Shown here: positions 39,447-47,638 of the stretch, piece after piece
Position numbering within the stretch: position 1 is the stretch's first letter
Layout of the letters: each line of letters opens with the position of its first letter
NCBI RefSeq assembly: GCF_035492695.1
Contig: NZ_DATJJC010000026.1
Location: 12,846 to 76,845, forward strand
Reading direction: 5' to 3'
Length of the DNA stretch: 64,000 nucleotides
DNA from: Mucilaginibacter sp.
GTDB lineage: Bacteria > Bacteroidota > Bacteroidia > Sphingobacteriales > Sphingobacteriaceae
Position numbers and translations under genes: made by a program
The notes under the pieces: model-generated
What the model was told of the DNA's origin: nothing
Databases searched by the model: none
The model's input: only the letters and a program-made list of their open reading frames with translations

Positions 39447-39479
39447 ACGCAGTTCTTCCCTATAAGAGCTGCGTTTTTT
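39443..39479 (+). terminator. Terminator after tRNA-Arg
   Basis: AAAAACGCAG...CTGCGTTTTTT. Confidence 0.65.
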
Positions 39480-40120
39480 GCTTAATGGGGCGAATAATAG
39501 GTAAAGTTCGCAAGGCTCGAATTGAATCTAAATAAACTTTTGAGCAAATCTAAATTGCTTTTCTTCAAACAATTTTCTGGTGATCAAAGCGATATTTTGG
39601 ACTTTGATGGCATTTTCAAAAGCGCCTTGAGGTCTGTTTTATAATGGGATTTAATTCTCAAAGTTCTCATACCTTGCCCCCTTGGGGGAAAGGTTGAATT
39701 TTAAGAGGGTACAGTAATTGTCTGATGAACTGTATTAAGCTGTTTGGTGATTCAAAGGAATATCACTTGGTGATGAATTCAAAGCAAAAACAAGGCTCAA
39801 GCGAATAAACGAGGAAATCACTGAAAAGCATGGTGAGCCCTGATGAAAAGCGTAAAGTATTGCGCAACGATTTATAGTGGTGGACAGCGGAACGTGGTAA
39901 ATATCATAAAAGCATGGACAAATATGAACAGGTGTTGTGCGATGAGATAAGCAGGATTGTAGAAATTGTCGAAGACGCACTTTTTATGCTTTGAGGCAAC
40001 TTATTTAAGTTAAACCTCACTTACCCTCACCTATCCCCAAGATCGTTGAACTCTCAAAAGAAAACGCCAAAGAAAACGCAAGAATTTCCTCGGAAAGTCT
40101 AGGTCGATTTAAAAAGCGGG

Positions 40121-40684
40121 TTATTTTTTAATGTGACATTTATAAATGTACATTCGAGAGCTTGACGATAGGTTGGCATCGTATTTTCCGAATATATGCG
40201 TGGTGTCACCGACAGCTATTTGAGCGACTTCATCACGCCAGCCATCTTTATTTTGAGGACAGTTTGAAAATTCTATGGACTCATAAGGATTATCCGCTGA
40301 TTGCATAACAATCAAAGCGCATCCAAAATCGGTTTTTATCTCAGTAATCCTACCAATAACATCAATGGTATTGCCATCGTATTTATTGTCAAATGACACT
40401 TTGTTAGATTTAAAATTATTAAACCAATCTTCTACTGAATAATTTTGAACAAAATCATTTAGACCTACTTCGCCGTCGACCGTTTCAACGCTATCAGATT
40501 GTTTGATAGCATTTGTAATTTGCGCGGTATCATTCAGGTCGTCAGAAATTTTGTGTTTCCATCCAAGTTTTTGACATGCCCATGGTTCTGTTATTACGAC
40601 AATTACTGTAACAACAATTGTTGCAATAACCAATACCAGGGTTCTTAATGTTTCATTACGAAAACGTTTAGGCGTTGAATTCAT
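40121..40684 (-). CDS. Membrane-anchored OB-fold protein (tRNA_anti-like)
   Basis: TM segment, then FKSNKVSFDNKYDGNTIDVIGRITEI...VGDTTHIFG; ATG 40684 preferred. Confidence 0.6.
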   Translation of the reverse strand: MNSTPKRFRNETLRTLVLVIATIVVTVIVVITEPWACQKLGWKHKISDDLNDTAQITNAIKQSDSVETVDGEVGLNDFVQNYSVEDWFNNFKSNKVSFDNKYDGNTIDVIGRITEIKTDFGCALIVMQSADNPYESIEFSNCPQNKDGWRDEVAQIAVGDTTHIFGKYDANLSSSSRMYIYKCHIKK

Positions 40685-41140
40685 TTGAAGGTCTTTAGTC
40701 ACCTTCAGTTCCAAAAGGTATTTAAAAAAATCAAGCGTGGAACTGTAGCCTACTGCGATCAAGGTACTGGTATACCCAAGGACAAATAGACTAAGCCCAC
40801 GCCTGTAGCGTGAGCGTTAATCTTCATTCCTTGTCCTTTTAAAAATTACCAGTTTTTGACAGCAAGTGTGAAGCTAACGCTAAATCGTTATTTCAATATT
40901 TTTTTAATTCTTTATGTTTCCAATAAGCCAAATGGTTAAAGTAAGGCGCTAAGTTCCAAATTATTTTTCAACATTTTTCTATCAGCTCGAAATAGTGCTT
41001 TCTCGTTGTAAACCGAACAAAACCGAACGGTATCTAAACTAAATTTTTCTCAAAATGTGAATAATATTTCCAGGATTTTGAGTTTGCCGTATTTCATGGG
41101 AGTTAATAGGGTCAGGCGGAGCCCTATAAAAAAATTAAAA

Positions 41141-41746
41141 ATGAAATACAATTACTACAACGAAGCACTTTATGTGGAAGTTAAAACCTTAAGTATTCCT
41201 GAATACTATAACAAAAAGGAAATTGAAGGAGAAAATGAAAAATTGCTATTCGATTGCTTTGAAAATGATGGCATCAAAGAACCTTTGATTATTAACAGCC
41301 ATCCCAAAAGATTGGGCAAAATTATCAATGGCGTTAAGCGATTCGAGTATGCAAAGAGAAAGGGTATTGTTGACGTTCCGGTTTATTTTTTATATCTGGA
41401 TGAAACAGACGAAAAGCGAATACACTATGAATTAAGTATTGTAACACGTGAATATTGTATAGCCGAAATAATAGAATATCTACAGCAAAAATGCCTTACC
41501 TACATTATTCCGAACGATTCGCAATCAAGAGAATTTGATGGACTCTTAAGACAGGCGCACAAAAAGTACGAGGCGGCACCAGAGGACAATCAAATCCGAA
41601 AATCCACATTTCCTTTGAGGCTATCCAGCGAATTCAAAAATTATCCTGAAAAGCTACAAAAAATGTACGGCTCTAAATCACAAAACGAAGCTATTGTCAA
41701 GCTTTTGACCGACGCGGTGGAAGGGAGGATTGTGATATGTTATTAA
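41141..41746 (+). CDS. ParB/Srx-like N-terminal domain protein with a possible C-terminal RHH-like domain
   Basis: GIKEPLII...IINGVKRFEYAKRKGIVDVPV resembles the ParBc GxxR motif; ATG 41141 preferred. Confidence 0.7.
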   Translation: MKYNYYNEALYVEVKTLSIPEYYNKKEIEGENEKLLFDCFENDGIKEPLIINSHPKRLGKIINGVKRFEYAKRKGIVDVPVYFLYLDETDEKRIHYELSIVTREYCIAEIIEYLQQKCLTYIIPNDSQSREFDGLLRQAHKKYEAAPEDNQIRKSTFPLRLSSEFKNYPEKLQKMYGSKSQNEAIVKLLTDAVEGRIVICY

Positions 41747-42522
41747 GAGAATTTGACTTAAAACTAATAAATATACTCGGTACTGAATTGATAGGTCAGC
41801 CAGTAAGCAACAACTCCTACAATATTTTGATCAAAGAAAGTAGCTTCATAAACTTAGAAAAGCATAAACCAATAGTCTACCTCGACTTAAACCATCAAAA
41901 ATTTGACGAATTGGTACCCTTATTGGAAAAACTCGAATTTCAAAAATCAACTCGGAAAACGCTCGGCGATCGGAATGAAAGTATCCTGTTTGGAGCAGTA
42001 ACAGCTAAAATTAACCATGACAATTTTTGTAATGTCGGTGCGACAATTTTACGGTCACCAAAGCTCAATCAATTGCTAAAAATAAAATATAGCACCATTG
42101 CTAATGAGATAATGAAAACATATTTAGAACAATGGCAAAAAATAGGAATGTCTGTATTTAAAAAAAGCGGTATTCATACAGATTGGCAAATGGCTGATAC
42201 TTTTTGGACCAGCGGCATAATCAACAAAAACAGTCCACATAATTTTCACCTTGACAACGACAATTCAAGAAACGGTTATTCAGCAATGATCACATTAAAG
42301 CACAATATGTCAGGAGGATATATAGTGTTTCCTGAATATGCTCTTGCAGTTGAGGTATCCAACCGATCATTGATTTTCTTTTGCGGAAAAGATATTGTTC
42401 ATGGTGTTTCTGATATTAATCTCAAAAAAGGAGGTTTTCGGTACAGTATGGTTTACTATACGACCGCAGATTTGAAATATTGTGACTCTTATGCCAATGA
42501 AATGAAGAAGGCTGAGATATGA
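41737..42522 (+). CDS. TET/JBP-like 2OG-Fe(II) dioxygenase (phage gp2-type)
   Basis: WTSGIIN, FHLD (HxD), GGYIVFPEY, VHGV (second His) and RYSMVYY (RxS), with the spacing of the TET/JBP fold. Confidence 0.8.
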   Translation: MLLREFDLKLINILGTELIGQPVSNNSYNILIKESSFINLEKHKPIVYLDLNHQKFDELVPLLEKLEFQKSTRKTLGDRNESILFGAVTAKINHDNFCNVGATILRSPKLNQLLKIKYSTIANEIMKTYLEQWQKIGMSVFKKSGIHTDWQMADTFWTSGIINKNSPHNFHLDNDNSRNGYSAMITLKHNMSGGYIVFPEYALAVEVSNRSLIFFCGKDIVHGVSDINLKKGGFRYSMVYYTTADLKYCDSYANEMKKAEI

Positions 42523-42839
42523 GAAAGTCTACTATAAGAAACCAGCATAAAGTTATCCGGGAGTTGATAGCCAAAAATTTCAATGTATGCGAAGCCTGCT
42601 CAAGTGCCAAGATCGGTAGAACTCAATTTTACGCTTGGCTAAAAACTGATGAAAATTTCTGCAATGCCATTAATAATGCTATGAACATCCATTTGGGTAT
42701 AGTCCAAAATCTGCATTTGCTAAAGGTATTTCAAAACGGCACGGTGCCAGATACCCAAAACCTCTTGTCACAAGTCGGAATTCAGATGAAAAGGTTCAAA
42801 AAATTACACAACCATTTGATTAATAATATTTTAAATTAA
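42519..42839 (+). CDS. HTH protein resembling a phage terminase small-subunit N-terminus (phBC6A51-like)
   Basis: NVCEACSSAKIGRTQFYAWLKTDENFCNAINNA matches the NVS.AC...GI.R.T.Y.W...D..F pattern; ATGA coupling. Confidence 0.65.
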   Translation: MRKSTIRNQHKVIRELIAKNFNVCEACSSAKIGRTQFYAWLKTDENFCNAINNAMNIHLGIVQNLHLLKVFQNGTVPDTQNLLSQVGIQMKRFKKLHNHLINNILN

Positions 42840-42897
42840 AAAGTACTTTAAAAAACAAAAAGTTCGCTGGAGATTAGCGAACCTAAATTAACAAATC

Positions 42898-44082
42898 ATG
42901 AGACTTACATACTCTATAAAAACGGTATTGAGGCCTGACAAAATCAAGGCTGACGGGATGGTGCCTATATATTACTCTGTAAGAGTTGGGCCGTCTACAA
43001 CTCGAATCCCAACTGGCAAGACCATTCTTTTGAAAGACTGGAATAAAGCAAGTTCATCACCAAAATTGAACTGTAAATTAAATGAATTATTGAATTCGTA
43101 CTTATCAGCAGAAATGACAAAATGGAGAGTTTTTATGATGAGCCGGGAAAGTTTAAGCCAGGCAATCACCTTTACCATTGCAACATCCTATTTTGATCAA
43201 AACGCAAAACTAACATTTTTCACTTTTTGGGAACAACAACTTGATTTGTGGAACAACAGCAAGCGAGACAATACCTTAAAATCTTATCGTTCAGCTTTGA
43301 AGATGCTAAAATCATTTAATGGCAAACTGAACTTTGGAGACCTTACATATGACACAGTGCAGAAGTTGGATTTGTATATGGCGAATGTAAAGGGTAATGC
43401 AGTTGGCGGCAGATTCGTAAAGCACAAATGCCTGAAAGCAATGTGTAATGAAGCGATAAAAAAAGGGTATTTGACCAAGAACCCCTATATCCATTTCAAA
43501 ATCAAAGCCTCCACCGGCAAAAGAAATTTCTTGAGTATTTCAGAAGTAAGACAATTGATGAATTTGGATGTCCCGGCAGAAGAGGTATTTCAACACAAAA
43601 CTAAAGACCTGTTTCTGTTCAGTTGTTTTACAGGGTTACGTTACAGCGATGTGATGAATTTAAAATGGGAAGATATTAAAAATGACCCTTACACCATAAC
43701 GCTCAAGATGACCAAGACTTCAAAACAAATAACCATACCTCTAACCGCTAATTCAAAAGCAATCATTGAAAAATATGGGAAACATATTATCAAATCACCA
43801 CAAACAAAGGTTTTCCCTCAAATCGCAAATCAGGTACTAAATCGAAACATAAAAGACATTATGAAAAATGCAGGGATCAACAAGGACATCAGCTACCACT
43901 GTTCCAGGCATACTTTTGCATCCAATTTAATTGAAGCTAACACCAATATACTATTTATTAAAGATTTGATGGGTCATTCCCGTATCACCGAGACACAGGT
44001 ATATGCCAAAGCTTTGGAAGCTGACTTGGTCAATTCGATTAATAATATGTCGGACATCTACAATTTTAGCCATGCAATTTGA
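42898..44082 (+). CDS. Tyrosine recombinase/integrase (Bacteroidota Arm-DNA-bind_5 type)
   Basis: VPIYYSVRV arm domain, TGLRYSD, HCSRHTFA and MGHSRITETQVY give a complete R-K-H-R-H-Y set. Confidence 0.95.
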   Translation: MRLTYSIKTVLRPDKIKADGMVPIYYSVRVGPSTTRIPTGKTILLKDWNKASSSPKLNCKLNELLNSYLSAEMTKWRVFMMSRESLSQAITFTIATSYFDQNAKLTFFTFWEQQLDLWNNSKRDNTLKSYRSALKMLKSFNGKLNFGDLTYDTVQKLDLYMANVKGNAVGGRFVKHKCLKAMCNEAIKKGYLTKNPYIHFKIKASTGKRNFLSISEVRQLMNLDVPAEEVFQHKTKDLFLFSCFTGLRYSDVMNLKWEDIKNDPYTITLKMTKTSKQITIPLTANSKAIIEKYGKHIIKSPQTKVFPQIANQVLNRNIKDIMKNAGINKDISYHCSRHTFASNLIEANTNILFIKDLMGHSRITETQVYAKALEADLVNSINNMSDIYNFSHAI

Positions 44083-44083
44083 C

Positions 44084-44746
44084 ATGGCGACAACTGCATC
44101 ATCAAATAAATTAATCCATGCGACACATATCTACAAGAATCGAAACTCTAACCATGAAATTAAATCAATTATGACACCTCAAACGGCAACCAAAGCAAAA
44201 TCACCATGTCAGACCCAGCTTACTCACCAGTTCAAAAGACAGCTTGAAAAAAAGTTAAAACGAATATATATCAACAAAGAATTTATTGAATTCATTGAAG
44301 AAACAATCAAAAAATTTCCGGTGAGAGATAAACTCGCCGCACTTTACTTTTTCAAAAAATTGGCAGTTCAACTATTGAGAGCACCTGATCCAGACCATTA
44401 TAAAGCCTTTAAAGATGATTATGATAATGAACTCTCAGAAATAGTAGATGAGCAAAAGCATTATAATCCTGTAAGGTGGCTTAATGCAGAGATTGAATTT
44501 ATAACAAATACAGCCGAGCGTTTGACAGCTGAAGATGTAAATGAACGGTTAAACGTAATGCAACATGCTAAACAAAGGTTATCTAAGCCCTGGCTGACCA
44601 AAGAAGATGTTATGGATCTGTTCAATATCAGTAAATCAACCTTGAACAGACGTGTAGCAGACGGCATGCCTGCCCACAAGAATGGGAAATTTGTTTATTT
44701 CTATTTGGAGGAAGTCAACGAATGGATGAAGCAAGAAGCAGCCTAA
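44084..44746 (+). CDS. Excisionase-like HTH_17 protein with an N-terminal extension
   Basis: C-terminal WLTKEDVMDLFNISKSTLNRRVADGMPAHKNGKFVYFYLEEVNEWM; start at ATG 44084 or 44171. Confidence 0.75.
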   Translation: MATTASSNKLIHATHIYKNRNSNHEIKSIMTPQTATKAKSPCQTQLTHQFKRQLEKKLKRIYINKEFIEFIEETIKKFPVRDKLAALYFFKKLAVQLLRAPDPDHYKAFKDDYDNELSEIVDEQKHYNPVRWLNAEIEFITNTAERLTAEDVNERLNVMQHAKQRLSKPWLTKEDVMDLFNISKSTLNRRVADGMPAHKNGKFVYFYLEEVNEWMKQEAA

Positions 44747-44771
44747 GTCCGAACGGAACTTAGGCTTTTTT
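44742..44771 (+). terminator. Terminator after the integrase/xis unit
   Basis: AGCCTAAGTCC-GAAC-GGAACTTAGGCT followed by a T-run. Confidence 0.75.
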
Positions 44772-44899
44772 CATGCTTTTTAATGACGAGGAGGAATGAT
44801 CGTAACCTAAAATGAACGAAGGGCCAGGCGCGTAATTAAAGTATCACCCTCAACAAATTTCAGTGCTAAAAATGAATTTATACACTAAAACCATAAACA

Positions 44900-45271
44900 A
44901 TGAAAAAAGCAAAAACACCACAAAACAAAGAGCACGCTAAACAGCAGCACTGTCCGACCTGTATTCGTTACGTAAAGTACAATGAGCGTTACCGGGATTA
45001 CGTTTGCGATAAATGTATTAAACAAGCAGTAGACAAAGACGGAAATTCGATAGCGTTCTTTAATATCACGGAAAGCGGCCACGGAGTTCAAGGAAAATAT
45101 ATGGAAGGCGAGAAACTTTACAGGTCAACTCTTTGCATCATCAAAGGCGTTAAGTGCAATGCAGAAGAAGCCTACTTTGGGGGCATTGTTATAAGACCTG
45201 TAAAGAAGGAAAAAGGCAGCAAAACCCCCTCAGCTAAAGAAGTTGACAAAAAAGGTCTATCTGAAGCTTGA
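44900..45271 (+). CDS. Cys-rich small protein, probable Zn-binding
   Basis: CPTC...CDKC, two further Cys and a FGGIVI motif. Confidence 0.65.
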   Translation: MKKAKTPQNKEHAKQQHCPTCIRYVKYNERYRDYVCDKCIKQAVDKDGNSIAFFNITESGHGVQGKYMEGEKLYRSTLCIIKGVKCNAEEAYFGGIVIRPVKKEKGSKTPSAKEVDKKGLSEA

Positions 45272-45499
45272 TCCCGTAGCCGGAAGTTATTTTTCGGTTC
45301 ACAGTTAAGAGGAGAAAAGGGGGATGGGGGGAAAAGTGGTGTTTGCGCCGCAGGCAGCCCTACTCTCTTCTCTCTCTCCGAAAAGTAAGAATATTTCTAA
45401 ACCCTTACTGAAGAAGTGTGTTGAAAAAGGTTTATTAAGTGCGCGGAGCGTTCCTGTTAAAGCGCAAATCAGCTTGAAGTTCCTTAATGGCTCGAAATG

Positions 45500-46537
45500 T
45501 CAAAGCATAAACTGAAAACCATTGTTGCTTGCAATAGTAATTAATGGTTGAACCTGGTCAAAGAACCTTTCTTGGGTAAAATAATGTGGACTTAAAGCGG
45601 GGAACAAAGTCAAATAGTCTTCAAGAAAGCGATTCTTTGGTGACTTATAACGGATAATATCAACGGCCTCTTTTTGAAGCTTGAAGAATGGCAAAAAATG
45701 TTTGTCCAGAATTGGTAAACGATCACTCTTGCTACTATTGAAAGAACGATCCGCAGGTATCAAATTCCAAATCAGATCGTGAGAAACAAAAGCGTAAGGG
45801 ACAAAGTGTTCAACAGCATAATCACCAAAAACAAGCTTTTTGTTGGTGTAAATGCAATCAACGCTACCAAGCTCACGAATAACAATATCCCAAAAATTTC
45901 TGCGCTGTTCAACCAATGCCTTTCTAACCGGCAGTTTAATTAGCTTGTTTGGTATGTCAGGCACATTGGGATTCTTGGCTTGTAGGTACATAGCCAAATT
46001 CCAGTAACAGAAATCTTTGAGCACCCGTGCGTTTGTTCGAAGGTATTCAATCCACGCCGGATTGATCTGAATTTGATCTTTGCTCAATGCATACAGACAA
46101 CAGTTTGTAAAAGTCTTGGATAGATGATATGCTTCTTTCAAGTCATCTGCTTTGAACCAAGGGCTTAAAAAACGATGTGGGACTTCAGAGTTGAAATATT
46201 GTAATTCATGGATTGAACCTTTATTCTTTGATGTTGATAAGGTTTCCAAAATCATCTGCCTGGGCGCATCAATCGTCAAACCTTCAATTGTTTTCAAATT
46301 TTCTATGGCTTGTTGCAGTTTATCCTGCTTACCAAAAGAAACGTGGAAATAATTGACGGTAAACCAAGATTGCGCGATCATATCAGCGAAAAGCTCATGC
46401 TTTTGAATGGTTATCTTTCCATGCTCAACCTGATTAATTATTGATAAAAACCAATAGAATTTGTAGGTAGCTGATGTTTTGTTAAAACATGCCGCGAGTA
46501 GATTTATGGGTAAACTCTGATAATCAGGAAGATTCAT
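45500..46537 (-). CDS. HNH endonuclease with an N-terminal helical domain
   Basis: CIYT...VEHFVPY...IWNLIPADRSFNSSKSD HNH core; N-terminal ATYKFYWF. Confidence 0.85.
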   Translation of the reverse strand: MNLPDYQSLPINLLAACFNKTSATYKFYWFLSIINQVEHGKITIQKHELFADMIAQSWFTVNYFHVSFGKQDKLQQAIENLKTIEGLTIDAPRQMILETLSTSKNKGSIHELQYFNSEVPHRFLSPWFKADDLKEAYHLSKTFTNCCLYALSKDQIQINPAWIEYLRTNARVLKDFCYWNLAMYLQAKNPNVPDIPNKLIKLPVRKALVEQRRNFWDIVIRELGSVDCIYTNKKLVFGDYAVEHFVPYAFVSHDLIWNLIPADRSFNSSKSDRLPILDKHFLPFFKLQKEAVDIIRYKSPKNRFLEDYLTLFPALSPHYFTQERFFDQVQPLITIASNNGFQFML

Positions 46538-46653
46538 TAAGTAAAAATACAGCTTAAATAAGATAACCTTAATGCGAGATCAAAATAGGGTGAAAACACG
46601 GGTTGACAAGACCAATCCATAGAGTTAACTTATTCGCCATTATCCAAAACCAA

Positions 46654-47490
46654 ATGTCACAATTATTGAAGCGCCTAATTACAGTTAATGTAATCTTATT
46701 TGTTTTTAAGTTATCGGTTTTTGGCCAACAAATTCAACCGAAGACTCATCTGGATAGCCTTTACGTCACATATCCCTTAAAACCAAATTCAAAATGGCCT
46801 GAATTCCTTGAGTGGGACAATCCATATTTTAAGGCTATCATAGACCCAAAATTGCGTCAAAGTGTAGTTACTTATGGCGTTTTCACGGTACAGGAAGATG
46901 CAATGGTCACCAACCTCAAAATTCCCAGAAAAGGTAAATATGCCCGTTGGCATCCTTTCTTTGGTTATCCCAATGAAGATGCTTTTTATAAAGACATAAA
47001 CAAAACACTCGTTAAACCTGACGAGTATTCCAAAGGGCATTATTCAGGATGGGAATTAAATGCCTACGCCGTAAACGGTGTTTTGTTGTCGGACACGTAC
47101 GATTTTAATGAGGGGATCGAAAGACAGGCTCAAAATGAAGGAACTGAATTGCAAGTCGAATATCTCACCAGAGCTTTGGTAGGAAATAAAATGTTCGCAA
47201 AAAGAGTGCGCTATATTGGTCCTTCCTTTCCCCAGGTGCAGTATTGGAAAGGCTCGTGGGGTTCATTCAAACTTTTTAACGTTGACGGCATTTCTAAAAA
47301 CTACAGTGCAGTTTATTGGAATCTAATCAAATATGGTAACGAGCTTCATGCGTATTGGTTTCCAAATGATCTGACTGCGACCGCCAAATTGGGTTATCAG
47401 CATTTTGAAATTCCGGTTGATTCATCTGATGTCAACAATAAGGGGCTGATTCAACGGCTCGGATTTGATCCTCAACAAGTTTTAAATTAA
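46654..47490 (+). CDS. Exported DNA/RNA non-specific (Serratia-type) endonuclease-like protein
   Basis: Signal peptide; YSKGH corresponds to DRGH, followed by QAQNEG (metal-binding Asn) and GP; ATG 46654 preferred. Confidence 0.6.
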   Translation: MSQLLKRLITVNVILFVFKLSVFGQQIQPKTHLDSLYVTYPLKPNSKWPEFLEWDNPYFKAIIDPKLRQSVVTYGVFTVQEDAMVTNLKIPRKGKYARWHPFFGYPNEDAFYKDINKTLVKPDEYSKGHYSGWELNAYAVNGVLLSDTYDFNEGIERQAQNEGTELQVEYLTRALVGNKMFAKRVRYIGPSFPQVQYWKGSWGSFKLFNVDGISKNYSAVYWNLIKYGNELHAYWFPNDLTATAKLGYQHFEIPVDSSDVNNKGLIQRLGFDPQQVLN

Positions 47491-47584
47491 CGATTTTAAT
47501 GTTTCAAACCGATAGAAATTTTACCCATTGCTTTACCTCGCAGATGGAAATTACGCGTTTATACAGGAAAGTAATGGAAAAAAG

Positions 47585-47601
47585 GATTCCGGATAGGAAT
47601 C
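47585..47601 (-). terminator. Terminator of the AbiJ-like gene
   Basis: GATTCC-TATCC-GGAATC on the minus strand followed by CTTTTT. Confidence 0.5.
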
Positions 47602-47638
47602 GAACCCACTTACAGTAAGGGTCATATAAGTCTTGTTA

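Noticed and set aside
39710-39995. Stop-interrupted reading frame just inside attL (…DEKRKVLRNDL*WWTAERGKYHKSMDKYEQVL…) and the 81-aa minus ORF 39735-39980
   Set aside because: Possibly a decayed gene, but no family is recognisable, so it cannot be supported as a feature.
40057-40079. AAAGAAAACGC direct repeat as a possible integrase arm site
   Set aside because: It is ~600 bp from the att core, low in complexity and has no convincing partner near attR.
47584-47610. Minus-strand GTGGGTTCGATTCCTATCCGGAATCC resembles a tRNA T-arm plus acceptor 3' half (possible second att remnant)
   Set aside because: There is no matching 5' half or D/anticodon arms. The GATTCC/GGAATC hairpin plus U-run is better explained as the terminator of the AbiJ-like gene.
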